Positions 1 through 13,486 of a stretch of DNA of 64,000 nt are shown here, one piece after another. The DNA comes from Lytechinus pictus. Taxonomy: Eukaryota. The stretch spans positions 20,338,001 to 20,402,000 of the forward strand of contig NC_087251.1 in the NCBI RefSeq assembly GCF_037042905.1. The letters run 5' to 3'. Each line of letters starts with the position of its first letter. The stretch's first letter is position 1. The notes beneath the pieces are model-generated. The model was not told where the DNA came from and did not search any database. It worked only from the letters and a program-made list of their open reading frames with translations. The translations under genes were made by a program, and so were the position numbers.

Positions 1-515
1 AATTTCATGTCTCATTTGACCCTCAATTATATTATGACGTCATCAAAATGGCGTCGGAAGTCAAAAAATCCATTTTGCCTATTATGACGTCATTATAATT
101 ATGCAAATCTTGCTCTAACTCCGTGAATATCGGTCTATTTTCACCCAATTTTTGATATGTTGTAGCTTAGTTCTTACTCTTTCTGAGTTATTGCCTTTAT
201 TTTTCATTTTGATAAACAGATCATCCTCAAAAATTGCAAATAATAATGGCATGTCATTTTTACTCATTTTGCGTGTAATCTCTATGGGACATGACTTTTT
301 CTCAAAACTAGATTCTACATTCTTCTATTTCGTAAGCCATATCTCCAATTTTTGTTGCTAGTTATCCCTGAGCTTTTAGTATGTTGTAGCTGAGATTCTA
401 AGCTTTCGGTTGCGTTCCTTCATTTTCCGATCAGATGTCGGGATCATGCCCGTAATTCACTTGCAAGATTGGATTTGAGATTCTGGTGTTTTGCTTACGT
501 GTTAAGTCTATGGGA

Positions 516-626
516 AATATTCTAGCTCAATCGGTTAGGCGTCAGACTTACTTCTCATTCCATCATGCAGGCAGGGGTTCGAGTCCGCGGGTGAACATGA
601 TTTTTTTTTTTTTATTTTTTTTTTTA
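516..626 (+). ncRNA. tRNA-derived (tRNA-Lys-like) RNA polymerase III cassette inside the repeat unit; A boxes at 523, 3361, 5996, 8742, 11384, 13382, 16013, 19317 and 21371
   Basis: A box TAGCTCAATCGG (523), B box GGTTCGAGTCC (576-586), and a T-rich run of >20 nt from 601. TAGCTCAATCGGTTAGGCGTCAGACTT resembles the tRNA-Lys(UUU) 5' half. The cloverleaf stems do not pair, so this is not a functional tRNA. Confidence 0.55.
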
Positions 627-1278
627 GCTATCTTGCCCACGATCAATTATAAGAATTCTAACAAATAATAGCTAAAATATTGCAAAATAAAACAGATTAT
701 AATTACTTTTTTATATCATATCTATTTATCTGTCTGTCTATCTACCTATACATGACATATCTATCTCTCTGTCTAATATATATCTTTCTGTTTGAATACG
801 TCCCTCTCTCTCTATCTATCCATATGTCTGTCTGTCTATCTACCTACATTGTATATCTATCTGTCTGTTTATCTCTCTCTCTCTCTCTCTGTCTAATATA
901 TATGTATCTATCTGTTTAGATATGTCTATCTATCTATCCATCCATCTGCCTGTCTCTATCTATCTATCTATCTATCTATATATCTATCTATCTATCTGTC
1001 TGTCTGTCTCTCTATCTATCTATCTATCTATCTGTCTATCTATCTATCTATCTATCTATATGTCTGTCTCTCTATTCATCTATATGTCTGTCTCTCTATC
1101 TATCTCTGTCTCGATCTCTATCAATCTATATGTCTGTCTCTGTATCTATCTATATGTCTATCTATCTATCTATCTATCTATCTATATATCTATCTATATG
1201 TCTGTCTCTCTATCTATCTATATTTCTGTCTCTCTGTCTATCTATATGTTTGTCTATCTATATGTGTGTCTATCTATC

Positions 1279-1471
1279 CATGAAGCTATCACGAGAAGGA
1301 GAACCATCTTCCAATTTCTCTCTTAATCCTTTGTTATCGCTTCCTTCGGGCGAAGGAACGATATCTAACATCAATTGGCGAGCCGCCAGGCGAAAGTTAG
1401 AGCCCGCTTACATAACGCGATAGGACCACGCAGCATGAAGCTATTACGAGATAGCTCGTAATAGCTTCATG
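1279..1471. mobile_element. 193-bp CATG-ended, P-superfamily-like MITE inside the microsatellite; copies at 4119, 6759, 9509, 14138 and 17440
   Basis: The left end CATGAAGCTATCACGAG is inverted relative to the right end CTCGTAATAGCTTCATG. The right end is itself a 17+4+17 palindrome (1434-1471). The TSD is degenerate (ATCTATC/ATATGTC). Confidence 0.55.
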
Positions 1472-1887
1472 ATATGTCTGTCTCTCTATCTATATATATG
1501 TCTGTCTATCTATCTGTCTATCTATCTATCTGTCTGTCTCTCTTTCTATCTATATGTTTATATATGTTTTATTAATATAACCACCAATCATCTCTCTATC
1601 TATCTATATATCTATATATCTATCAATCTATCTCTATATCTATAAGTCTGTCTCTCTATCTATCTATATGTCTGTCTCTCTATCTATATGTCTGTGTCTC
1701 TATCTATCTATATGTCTATGTTTTATTAATATAACCACCTATAATTGATCTCTCCATCCATCACTCCATCCATCTACTATAATTATCTTTCTTGTATGTA
1801 TCTGTTTGATTATGTAAATCTGTTTGTCTATCTATTTTTCAATCTAATATCTGTTTAAATATTTTTTTCCTGTTTATCTATCTATAC

Positions 1888-1930
1888 GACAGACCACCTA
1901 ATTCGTCCGCATGACGAATTAAAATCTAGT
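1888..1930 (+). other. 3' terminus (subTIR + hairpin + CTAG) of the rolling-circle element; also at 4732, 10110, 12120, 14751, 18053, 20103 and 22004
   Basis: GACAGACCACCTAATTCGTCCGCATGACGAATTAAAATCTAGT: an 8-bp stem just upstream of CTAG, as in Helitron/Helentron 3' ends. Confidence 0.85.
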
Positions 1931-1945
1931 TTTTATTTATTTTTA

Positions 1946-2133
1946 TTAGGTGGTCTGTCTATGACAGATCACCTCTTATATTTGTCCGAATTTTCTTTCT
2001 TTATTTATTATTTATTAGGTGGTCTGTCTATGACAGATCACCTCTTATGTTTGTCCGAATTTTCTTTCTTTATTTATTAGGTGGTCTGTCTATGACAGAT
2101 CACCTCTTATGTTTGTCCGAATTTTCTTTCTTT
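1946..2133 (+). repeat. Three stacked ~60-bp 5'-terminal modules of the HINE-like element
   Basis: TTAGGTGGTCTGTCTATGACAGATCACCTCTTATRTTTGTCCGAATTTTCTTTCTTTATT starts at 1946, 2015 and 2077. It contains the hairpin AGGTGGTCTGTC-TAT-GACAGATCACCT. Confidence 0.9.
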
Positions 2134-3984
2134 ATTTATTTTTATTTCTTATTTTTATTTCCTCCATTTCTTGTGGACAGCAAATCTCAGAAAGTTCATA
2201 TTCAATAATCATGAAAATATCACCACATATCAACATCAATAAGACCTCAATTCTGCAAGAATCTTAATGTCATGACGTCATCATGACGTCATCTAGACGC
2301 CATTTTGTAAAATCACATTATCAATCATATCTCCATTATCAATTATCAAAAATAAATCAAATTCACATGACATAAACTTCAGATCAAGGGTCATCAGGTC
2401 ATGTCATCAAAGGTCACCTGAAGGTCACGACGCGCGCGTACGCGCGCGTCAAAATTTTAAAATGCTAAAAATCACTTTTTGACCAAAACAGAGTACGTTT
2501 TAGGTCATTTTAAGCATTTCAAAAAATTGCGCGCGCAAACGTATGCGCGCGCGTTTCCGCGCGTAACGCCTTGAATGCAACTCAGAAACACCGTTTTTTT
2601 TATTTCATTGCATTGATCATATAATTTTGAGCAATTTGATACCTTGATCAACCTTCTACGACCATTAATAAGGAAATTAACACCCGTTAAAGTTTGCAGC
2701 ACGTGTGCGCGCGAGCTCTCACTATAGGCCATATATGGGCAAAAACATGCCTATAGAAAATCCGCTGTAGCTCTTCAGAACGCGTGGGGACCCCCAATTT
2801 TTTTTTCATATTTTGATAGAGTATGAACTAGAGATATAATTTCATGTCTCATTTGACCCTCAATTATATTATGACGTCATCAAAATGGCATCGGAAGTCA
2901 AAAAATCCATTTTGCCTATTATGACGTCATTATAATTATGCAAATCTTGCTCTAACTCCGTGAATATCGGTCTATTTTCACCCAATTTTTGATATGTTGT
3001 AGCTTAGTTCTTACTCTTTCTGAGTTATTGCCTTTATTTTTCATTTTGATAATTAGATCATCCTCAAAAATTGCAAATAATAATGGCATGTCATTTTTAC
3101 TCATTTTGCGTGTAATCTCTATGGGACATGACTTTTTCTCAAAACTAGATTCTACATTCTTCTATTTCGTAAGCCATATCTCCAATTTTTGTTGCTAGTT
3201 ATCCCTGAGCTTTTAGTATGTTGTAGCTGAGATTCTAAGCTTTCGGTTGCGTTTCCTTCATTTTCCGATCAGATGTCGGGATCATGCCCGTAATTCACTT
3301 GCAAGATTGGATTTGAGATTCTGGTGTTTTGCTTACGTGTTAAGTCTATGGGAAATATTCTAGCTCAATCGGTTAGGCGTCAGACTTACTTCTCATTCCA
3401 TCATGCAGGCAGGGGTTCGAGTCCGCGGGTGAACATGATTTTTTTTTTTTTTTTTTTTTTTTTAGCTATCTTGCCCACGATCAATTATAAGAATTCTAAC
3501 AAATAATAGCTAAAATATTGCAAAATAAAACAGATTATAATTACTTTTTTATATCATATCTATTTATCTGTCTGTCTATCTACCTACATGACATATCTAT
3601 CTCTCTGTCTAATATATATCTTTCTGTTTGAATACGTCCCTCTCTCTCTATCTATCCATATGTCTGTCTGTCTATCTACCTACATTGTATATCTATCTGT
3701 CTGTTTATCTCTCTCTCTCTCTCTCTGTCTAATATATATGTATCTATCTGTTTAGATATGTCTATCTATCTATCCATCCATCTGCCTGTCTCTATCTATC
3801 TATCTATCTATATATCTATCTATCTATCTGTCTGTCTGTCTCTCTATCTATCTATCTATCTGTCTATCTATCTATCTATCTATCTATATGTCTGTCTCTC
3901 TATTCATCTATATGTCTGTCTCTCTATCTATCTCTGTCTCGATCTCTATCAATCTATATGTCTGTCTCTGTATCTATCTATATG

Positions 3985-4021
<37 letters not shown>

Positions 4022-4774
4022 ATATCTATCTATATGTCTGTCTCTCTCTCTATCTATCTATATTTCTGTCTCTCTGTCTATCTATATGTTTGTCTATCTA
4101 TATGTCTGTCTATCTATCCATGAAGCTATCACGAGAAGGAGAACCATCTTCCAATTTCTCTCTTAATCCTTTGTTATCGCTTCCTTCGGGCGAAGGAACG
4201 ATATCTAACATCAATTGGCGAGCCGCCAGGCGAAAGTTAGAGCCCGCTTACATAACGCGATAGGACCACGCAGCATGAAGCTATTACGAGATAGCTCGTA
4301 ATAGCTTCATGATATGTCTGTCTCTCTATCTATATATATGTCTGTCTATCTATCTGTCTATCTATCTATCTGTCTGTCTCTCTTTCTATCTATATGTTTA
4401 TATATGTTTTATTAATATAACCACCAATCATCTCTCTATCTATCTATATATCTATATATCTATCAATCTATCTCTCTATCTATAAGTCTGTCTCTCTATC
4501 TATCTATATGTCTGTCTCTCTATCTATATGTCTGTCTCTCTATATCTATCTTTATATGTCTATGTTTTATTAATATAACCACCTATAATTTATCTCTCCA
4601 TCCATCACTCCATCCATCTAATATAATTATCTTTCTTGTATGTATCTGTTTGATTATGTAAATCTGTTTGTCTATCTATTTTTCAATCTAATATCTGTTT
4701 AAATATTTTTTTCCTGTTTATCTATCTATACGACAGACCACCTAATTCGTCCGCATGACGAATTAAAATCTAGT
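2077..4774 (+). mobile_element. Complete ~2.7 kb HINE-like copy (5' module, body, 3' hairpin/CTAG); a second complete copy lies at 7459-10152
   Basis: 5' subTIR at 2077 is contiguous with the body. 3' subTIR at 4732 and CTAG at 4770-4773. Confidence 0.8.
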
Positions 4775-6620
4775 TTTTATTTATTATTTTTATTTCCTCC
4801 ATTTCTTGTGGACAGCAAATCTCAGAAAGTTCATATTCAATAATCATCAAAATATCACCACATATCAACATCAATAAGACCTCAATTCTGCAAGAATCTT
4901 AATGTCATGACGTCATCATGACGTCATCTAGACGCCATTTTGTAAAATCACATTATCAATCATATCTCCATTATCAATTATCAAAAATAAATCAAATTCA
5001 CATGACATAAACTTCAGATCAAGGGTCATCAGGTCATGTCATCAAAGGTCACCTGAAGGTCACGACGCGCGCGTACGCGCGCGTCAAAATTTTAAAATGC
5101 TAAAAATCACTTTTTGACCAAAACAGAGTACGTTTTAGGTCATTTTAAGCATTTCAAAAAATTGCGCGCGCAAACGTATGCGCGCGCGTTTCCGCGCGTA
5201 AAGCCTTGAATGCAACTCAGAAACACCGTTTTTTTTATTTCATTGCATTGATCATATAATTTTGAGCAATTTGATACCTTGATCAACCTTCTACGACCAT
5301 TAATAAGGAAATTAACACCCGTTAAAGTTTGCAGCACGTGTGCGCGCGAGCTCTCACTATAGGCCATATATGGGCAAAAACATGCCTATAGAAAATCCGC
5401 TGTAGCTCTTCAGAACGCGTGGGGACCCCCAATTTTTTTTTCATATTTTGATAGAGTATGAACTAGAGATATAATTTCATGTCTCATTTGACCCTCAATT
5501 ATATTATGACGTCATCAAAATGGCGTCGGAAGTCAAAAAATCCATTTTGCCTATTATGACGTCATTATAATTATGCAAATCTTGCTCTAACTCCGTGAAT
5601 ATCGGTCTATTTTCACCCAATTTTTGATATGTTGTAGCTTAGTTCTTACTCTTTCTTAGTTATTGCCTTTATTTTTCATTTTGATAATTAGATCATCCTC
5701 AAAAATTGCAAATAATAATGGCATGTCATTTTTACTCATTTTGCGTGTAATCTCTATGGGACATGACTTTTTCTCAAAACTAGATTCTACATTCTTCTAT
5801 TTCGTAAGCCATATCTCCAATTTTTGTTGCTAGTTATCCCTGAGCTTTTAGTATGTTGTAGCTGAGATTCTAAGCTTTCGGTTGCGATTCCTTCATTTTC
5901 CGATCAGATGTCGGGATCATGCCCGTAATTCACTTGCAAGATTGGATTTGAGATTCTGGTGTTTTGCTTACGTGTTAAGTCTATGGGAAATATTCTAGCT
6001 CAATCGGTTAGGCGTCAGACTTACTTCTCATTCCATCATGCAGGCAGGGGTTCGAGTCCGCGGGTGAACATGATTTTTTTTTTTTTTTTTTTTTTTTTTA
6101 GCTATCTTGCCCACGATCAATTATAAGAATTCTAACAAATAATAGCTAAAATATTGCAAAATAAAACAGATTATAATTACTTTTTTATATCATATCTATT
6201 TATCTGTCTGTCTATCTACCTACATGACATATCTATCTCTCTGTCTAATATATATCTTTCTGTTTGAATACGTCCCTCTCTCTCTATCTATCCATATGTC
6301 TGTCTGTCTATCTACCTACATTGTATATCTATCTGTCTGTTTATCTCTCTCTCTCTCTCTCTGTCTAATATATATGTATCTATCTGTTTAGATATGTCTA
6401 TCTATCTATCCATCCATCTGCCTGTCTCTATCTATCTATCTATCTATATATCTATCTATCTATCTGTCTGTCTGTCTCTCTATCTATCTATCTATCTGTC
6501 TATCTATCTATCTATCTATCTATATGTCTGTCTCTCTATTCATCTATATGTCTGTCTCTCTATCTATCTCTGTCTCGATCTCTATCAATCTATATGTCTG
6601 TCTCTGTATCTATCTATATG

Positions 6621-6665
<45 letters not shown>

Positions 6666-7267
6666 ATATCTATCTATATGTCTGTCTCTCTATCTATCTA
6701 TATTTCTGTCTCTCTGTCTATCTATATGTTTGTCTATCTATATGTCTGTCTATCTATCCATGAAGCTATCACGAGAAGGAGAACCATCTTCCAATTTCTC
6801 TCTTAATCCTTTGTTATCGCTTCCTTCGGGCGAAGGAACGATATCTAACATCAATTGGCGAGCCGCCAGGCGAAAGTTAGAGCCCGCTTACATAACGCGA
6901 TAGGACCACGCAGCATGAAGCTATTACGAGATAGCTCGTAATAGCTTCATGATATGTCTGTCTCTCTATCTATATATATGTCTGTCTATCTATCTGTCTA
7001 TCTATCTATCTGTCTGTCTCTCTTTCTATCTATATGTTTATATATGTTTTATTAATATAACCACCAGTCATCTCTCTATCTATCTATATATCTATATATC
7101 TATCAATCTATCTCTCTATCTATAAGTCTGTCTCTCTATCTATCTATATGTCTGTCTCTCTATCTATATGTCTGTCTCTCTATATCTATCTTTATATGTC
7201 TATGTTTTATTAATATAACCACCTATAATTTATCTCTCCATCCATCACTCCATCCATCTAATATAAT

Positions 7268-7517
7268 TTAGGTGGTCTGTCTATGACAGATCACCTATTA
7301 TGTTTGTCCGAATTTTCTTTCTTTATTATTTATTATTTATTAGGTGGTCTGTCTATGACAGATCACCTCTTATGTTTGTCCGAATTTTCTTTCTTTATTA
7401 TTAGGTGGTCTGTCTATGACAGATCACCTTTTATGTTTGTCCGAATTTTCTTTCTTTATTAGGTGGTCTGTCTATGACAGATCACCTCTTATGTTTGTCC
7501 GAATTTTCTTTCTTTAT
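7268..7517 (+). repeat. Four stacked 5'-terminal modules of the HINE-like element
   Basis: The same module starts at 7268, 7340, 7401 and 7459. The preceding copy lacks its 3' terminus. Confidence 0.9.
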
Positions 7518-9374
7518 TATTTTTATTTCTTATTTTTATTTCCTCCATTTCTTGTGGACAGCAAATCTCAGAAAGTTCATATTCAATAATCATCAAAATA
7601 TCACCACATATCAACATCAATAAGACCTCAATTCTGCAAGAATCTTAATGTCATGACGTCATCATGACGTCATCTAGACGCCATTTTGTAAAATCACATT
7701 ATCAATCATATCTCCATTATCAATTATCAAAAATTAATCAAATTCACATGACATAAACTTCAGATCAAGGGTCATCAGGTCATGTCATCAAAGGTCACCT
7801 GAAGGTCACGACGCGCGCGTACGCGCGCGTCAAAATTTTTAAATGCTCAAAATCACTTTTTGACCAAAACAGAGTACGTTTCAGGTCATTTTAAGCATTT
7901 CAAAAAATTGCGCGCGCAAACGTATGCGCGCGCGTTTCCGCGCGTAACGCCTTGAATGCAACTCAGAAACACCGTTTTTTTTATTTCATTGCATTGATCA
8001 TATAATTTTGAGCAATTTGATACCTTGATCAACCTTCTACGACCATTAATAAGGAAATTAACACCCGTTAAAGTTTGCAGCACGTGTGCGCGCGAGCTCT
8101 CACTATAGGCCATATATGGGCAAAAACATGCCTATAGAAAATCCGCTGTAGCTCTTCAGAACGCATGGGGACCCCCAATTTTTTTTTCATATTTTGATAG
8201 AGTATGAACTAGAGATATAATTTCATGTCTCATTTGACCCTCAAGTATATTATGACGTCATCAAAATGGCGTCGGAATTCAAAAAATCCATTTTGCCTAT
8301 TATGACGTCATTATAATTATGCAAATCTTGCTCTAACTCCGTGAATATTGGTCAATTTTCACCCAATTTTTGATATGTTGTAGCTTAGTTCTTACTCTTC
8401 CTGAGTTATTGCCTTTATTTTTCATTTTGATAGACAAATCATCCTCAAAAATTGCAAATAATAATGGCATGTCATTTTTACTCATTTTGCGTGTAATCTC
8501 TATGGGACATGACTTTTTCTCAAAACTAGATTCTACATTCTTCTATTTCGTAAGCCATATCTCCAATTTTTGTTGCTAGTTATCCCTGAGCTTTTAGTAT
8601 GTTGTAGCTGAGATTCTAAGCTTTCGGTTGCGTCTCCTTCATTTTCCGATCAGATGTCGGGATCATGCCCGTAATTCACTTGCAAGATTGGATTTGAGAT
8701 TCTGGTGTTTTGCTTACGTGTTAAGTCTATGGGAAATATTCTAGCTCAATCGGTTAGGCGTCAGACTTACTTCTCATTCCATCATGCAGGCAGGGGTTCG
8801 AGTCCGCGGGTGAACATGATTTTTTTTTTTTTTTTTTTTTTTTTTAGCTATCTTGCCCACGATCAATTATAAGAATTCTAACAAATAATAGCTAAAATAT
8901 TGCAAAATAAAACAGATTATAATTACTTTTTTATATCATATCTATTTATCTGTCTGTCTATCTACCTACATGACATATCTATCTCTCTGTCTAATATATA
9001 TCTTTCTGTTTGAATACGTCCCTCTCTCTCTATCTATCCATATGTCTGTCTGTCTATCTACCTACATTGTATATCTATCTGTCTGTTTATCTCTCTCTCT
9101 CTCTCTCTGTCTAATATATATGTATCTATCTGTTTAGATATGTCTATCTATCTATCCATCCATCTGCCTGTCTCTATCTATCTATCTATCTATATATCTA
9201 TCTATCTATCTGTCTGTCTGTCTCTCTATCTATCTATCTATCTATCTATCTGTCTATCTATCTATCTATCTATCTATATGTCTGTCTCTCTATTCATCTA
9301 TATGTCTGTCTCTCTATCTATCTCTGTCTCGATCTCTATCAATCTATATGTCTGTCTCTGTATCTATCTATATG

Positions 9375-9415
<41 letters not shown>

Positions 9416-12012
9416 ATATCTATCTATATGTCTGTCTCTCTATCTATCTATATTTCTGTCTCTCTGTCTATCTATATGTTTGTCTATCTATATGTCTGTC
9501 TATCTATCCATGAAGCTATCACGAGAAGGAGAACCATCTTCCAATTTCTCTCTTAATCCTTTGTTATCGCTTCCTTCGGGCGAAGGAACGATATCTAACA
9601 TCAATTGGCGAGCCGCCAGGCGAAAGTTAGAGCCCGCTTACATAACGCGATAGGACCACGCAGCATGAAGCTATTACGAGATAGCTCGTAATAGCTTCAT
9701 GATATGTCTGTCTCTCTATCTATATATATGTCTGTCTATCTATCTGTCTATCTATCTATCTGTCTGTCTCTCTTTCTATCTATATGTTTATATATGTTTT
9801 ATTAATATAACCACCAATCATCTCTCTATCTATCTATATATCTATCAATCTATCTCTCTATCTATAAGTCTGTCTCTCTATCTATCTATATGTCTGTCTC
9901 TCTATCTATATGTCTGTCTCTCTATATCTATCTTTATATGTCTATGTTTTATTAATATAACCACCTATAATTTATCTCTCCATCCATCACTCCATCCATC
10001 TAATATAATTATCTTTCTTGTATGTATCTGTTTGATTATGTAAATATGTTTGTCTATTTTTCAATCTAATATCTGTTTAAATATTTTTTTCCTGTTTATC
10101 TATCTATACGACAGACCACCTAATTCGTCCGCATGACGAATTAAAATCTAGTTTATTATTATTTTTATTTCTTATTTTTATTTCCTCCATTTCTTGTGGA
10201 CAGCAAATCTCAGAAAGTTCATATTCAATAATCATCAAAATATCACCACATATCAACATCAATAAGACCTCAATTCTGCAAGAATCTTAATGTCATGACG
10301 TCATCATGACGTCATCTAGACGCCATTTTGTAAAATCACATTATCAATCATATCTCCATTATCAATTATCAAAAATAAATCAAATTCACATGACATAAAC
10401 TTCAGATCAAGGGTCATCAGGTCATGTCATCAAAGGTCACCTGAAGGTCACGACGCGCGCGTACGCGCGCGTCAAAATTTTAAAATGCTAAAAATCACTT
10501 TTTGACCAAAACAGAGTACGTTTTAGGTCATTTTAAGCATTTCAAAAAATTGCGCGCGCAAACGTATGCGCGCGCGTTTCCGCGCGTAAGGCCTCAATGC
10601 AACTCAGAAACACCGTTTTTTTTTATTTCATTGCATTGATCATATAATTTTGAGCAATTTGATACCTTGATCAACCTTCTACGACCATTAATAAGGAAAT
10701 TAACACCCGTTAAAGTTTGCAGCACGTGTGCGCGCGAGCTCTCACTATAGGCCATATATGGGCAAAAACATGCCTATAGAAAATCCGCTGTAGCTCTTCA
10801 GAACGCATGGGGACCCCCAATTTTTTTTTCATATTTTGATAGAGTATGAACTAGAGATATAATTTCATGTCTCATTTGACCCTCAATTATATTATGACGT
10901 CATCAAAATGGCGTCGGAATTCAAAAAATCCATTTTGCCTATTATGACGTCATTATAATTATGCAAATCTTGCTCTAACTCCGTGAATATTGGTCAATTT
11001 TCACCCAATTTTTGATATGTTGTAGCTTAGTTCTTACTCTTTCTGAGTTATTGCCTTTATTTTTCATTTTGATAGACAAATCAGCCTCAAAAATTGCAAA
11101 TAATAATGGCATGTCATTTTTACTCATTTTGCGTGTAATCTCTATGGGACATGACTTTTTCTCAAAACTAGATTCTACATTCTTCTATTTCGTAAGCCAT
11201 ATCTCCAATTTTTGTTGCTAGTTATCCCTGAGCTTTTAGTATGTTGTAGCTGAGATTCTAAGCTTTCGGTTGCGTTTCCTTCATTTTCCGATCAGATGTC
11301 GGGATCATGCCCGTAATTCACTTGCAAGATTGGATTTGAGATTCTGGTGTTTTGCTTACGTGTTAAGTCTATGGGAAATATTCTAGCTCAATCGGTTAGG
11401 CGTCAGACTTACTTCTCATTCCATCATGCAGGCAGGGGTTCGAGTCCGCGGGTGAACATGATTTTTTTTTTTTTTTTTTTTTTTTTTAGCTATCTTGCCC
11501 ACGATCAATTATAAGAATTCTAACAAATAATAGCTAAAATATTGCAAAATAAAACAGATTATAATTACTTTTTTATATCATATCTATTTATCTGTCTGTC
11601 TATCTACCTACATGACATATCTATCTCTCTGTCTAATATATATCTTTCTGTTTGAATACGTCCCTCTCTCTCTATCTATCCATATGTCTGTCTGTCTATC
11701 TACCTACATTGTATATCTATCTGTCTGTTTATCTCTCTCTCTCTCTCTCTGTCTAATATATATGTATCTATCTGTTTAGATATGTCTATCTATCTCTCCA
11801 TCCATCTGCCTGTCTCTATCTATCTATCTATCTATCTATATATCTATTTATCTATCTGTCTGTCTGTCTCTCTATCTATCTATCTATCTGTCTATCTATC
11901 TATCTATCTATCTATATGTCTGTCTCTCTATTCATCTATATGTCTGTCTCTCTATCTATCTCTGTCTCGATCTCTATCAATCTATATGTCTGTCTCTGTA
12001 TCTATCTATATG

Positions 12013-12053
<41 letters not shown>

Positions 12054-13455
12054 ATATCTATCTATATGACCATCATGATAATTATGATAATATTCATGAT
12101 TATGATTGACAAGTTGACTGACAGACCACCTAATTCGTCCCAATGACGAATTAAATATCTAGTTATTTCTTATTTTTATTTCCTCCATTTCTTGTGGACA
12201 GCAAATCTCAGAAAGTTCATATTCAATAATCATCAAAATATCACCACATATCAACATCAATAAGACCTCAATTCTGCAAGAATCTTAATGTCATGACGTC
12301 ATCATGACGTCATCTAGACGCCATTTTGTAAAATCACATTATCAATCATATCTCCATTATCAATTATCAAAAATAAATCAAATTCACATGACATAAACTT
12401 CAGATCAAGGGTCATCAGGTCATGTCATCAAAGGTCACCTGAAGGTCACGACGCGCGCGTACGCGCGCGTCAAAATTTTAAAATGCTAAAAATCACTTTT
12501 TGACCAAAACAGAGTACGTTTTAGGTCATTTTAAGCATTTCAAAAAATTGCGCGCGCAAACGTATGCGCGCGCGTTTCCGCGCGTAACGCCTTGAATGCA
12601 ACTCAGAAACACCGTTTTTTTTATTTCATTGCATTGATCATATAATTTTGAGCAATTCGATACCTTGATCAACCTTCTACGACCATTAATAAGGAAATTA
12701 ACACCCGTTAAAGTTTGCAGCACGTGTGCGCGCGAGCTCTCACTATAGGCCATATATGGGCAAAAACATGCCTATAGAAAATCCGCTGTAGCTCTTCAGA
12801 ACGCATGGGGACCCCCAATTTTTTTTTCATATTTTGATAGAGTATGAACTAGAGATATAATTTCATGTCTCATTTGACCCTCAATTATATTATGACGTCA
12901 TCAAAATGGCGTCGGAATTCAAAAAATCCATTTTGCCTATTATGACGTCATTATAATTATGCAAATCTTGCTCTAACTCCGTGAATATTGGTCAATTTTC
13001 ACCCAATTTTTGATATGTTGTAGCTTAGTTCTTACTCTTTCTAAGTTATTGCCTTTATTTTTCATTTTGATAGACAAATCATCCTCAAAAATTGCAAATA
13101 ATAATGGCATGTCATTTTTACTCATTTTGCGTGTAATCTCTATGGGACATGACTTTTTCTCAAAACTAGATTCTACATTCTTCTATTTCGTAAGCCATAT
13201 CTCCAATTTTTGTTGCTAGTTATCCCTGAGCTTTTAGTATGTTGTAGCTGAGATTCTAAGCTTTCGGTTGCGTTTCCTTCATTTTCCGATCAGATGTCGG
13301 GATCATGCCCGTAATTCACTTGCAAGATTGGATTTGAGATTCTGGTGTTTTGCTTACGTGTTAAGTCTATGGGAAATATTCTAGCTCAATCGGTTAGGCG
13401 TCAGACTTACTTCTCATTCCATCATGCAGGCAGGGGTTCGAGTCCGCGGGTGAAC

Positions 13456-13486
<31 letters not shown>

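Noticed and set aside
516..600. Functional tRNA gene
   Set aside because: The acceptor, anticodon and T stems do not pair; only the promoter boxes and D-arm region are tRNA-like.
152..668. Recurrent 69-aa, 60-aa and 75-aa ORFs in the repeat unit
   Set aside because: Some use non-ATG starts, none shows a recognisable domain, and each is disrupted in some copies. Recurrence only reflects the repeat.
1364..1401. Hammerhead-like motif TTGGCGA-GCC-GCCA-GGC-GAAA
   Set aside because: The core deviates from CUGANGA at two conserved positions, there is no U-H cleavage site, and there is no room for stem I.
680..1423. SIYL/YLSI-repeat ORFs recurring in each array unit
   Set aside because: They are translations of stop-free TCTA/TCTG microsatellite, and the frames shift between copies.
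1946..2133. CRISPR-like array (also 7268-7517, 16170-16745 and 49215-49600)
   Set aside because: There are no unique spacers and no cas genes, and the context is eukaryotic. These are transposon end modules or minisatellites.
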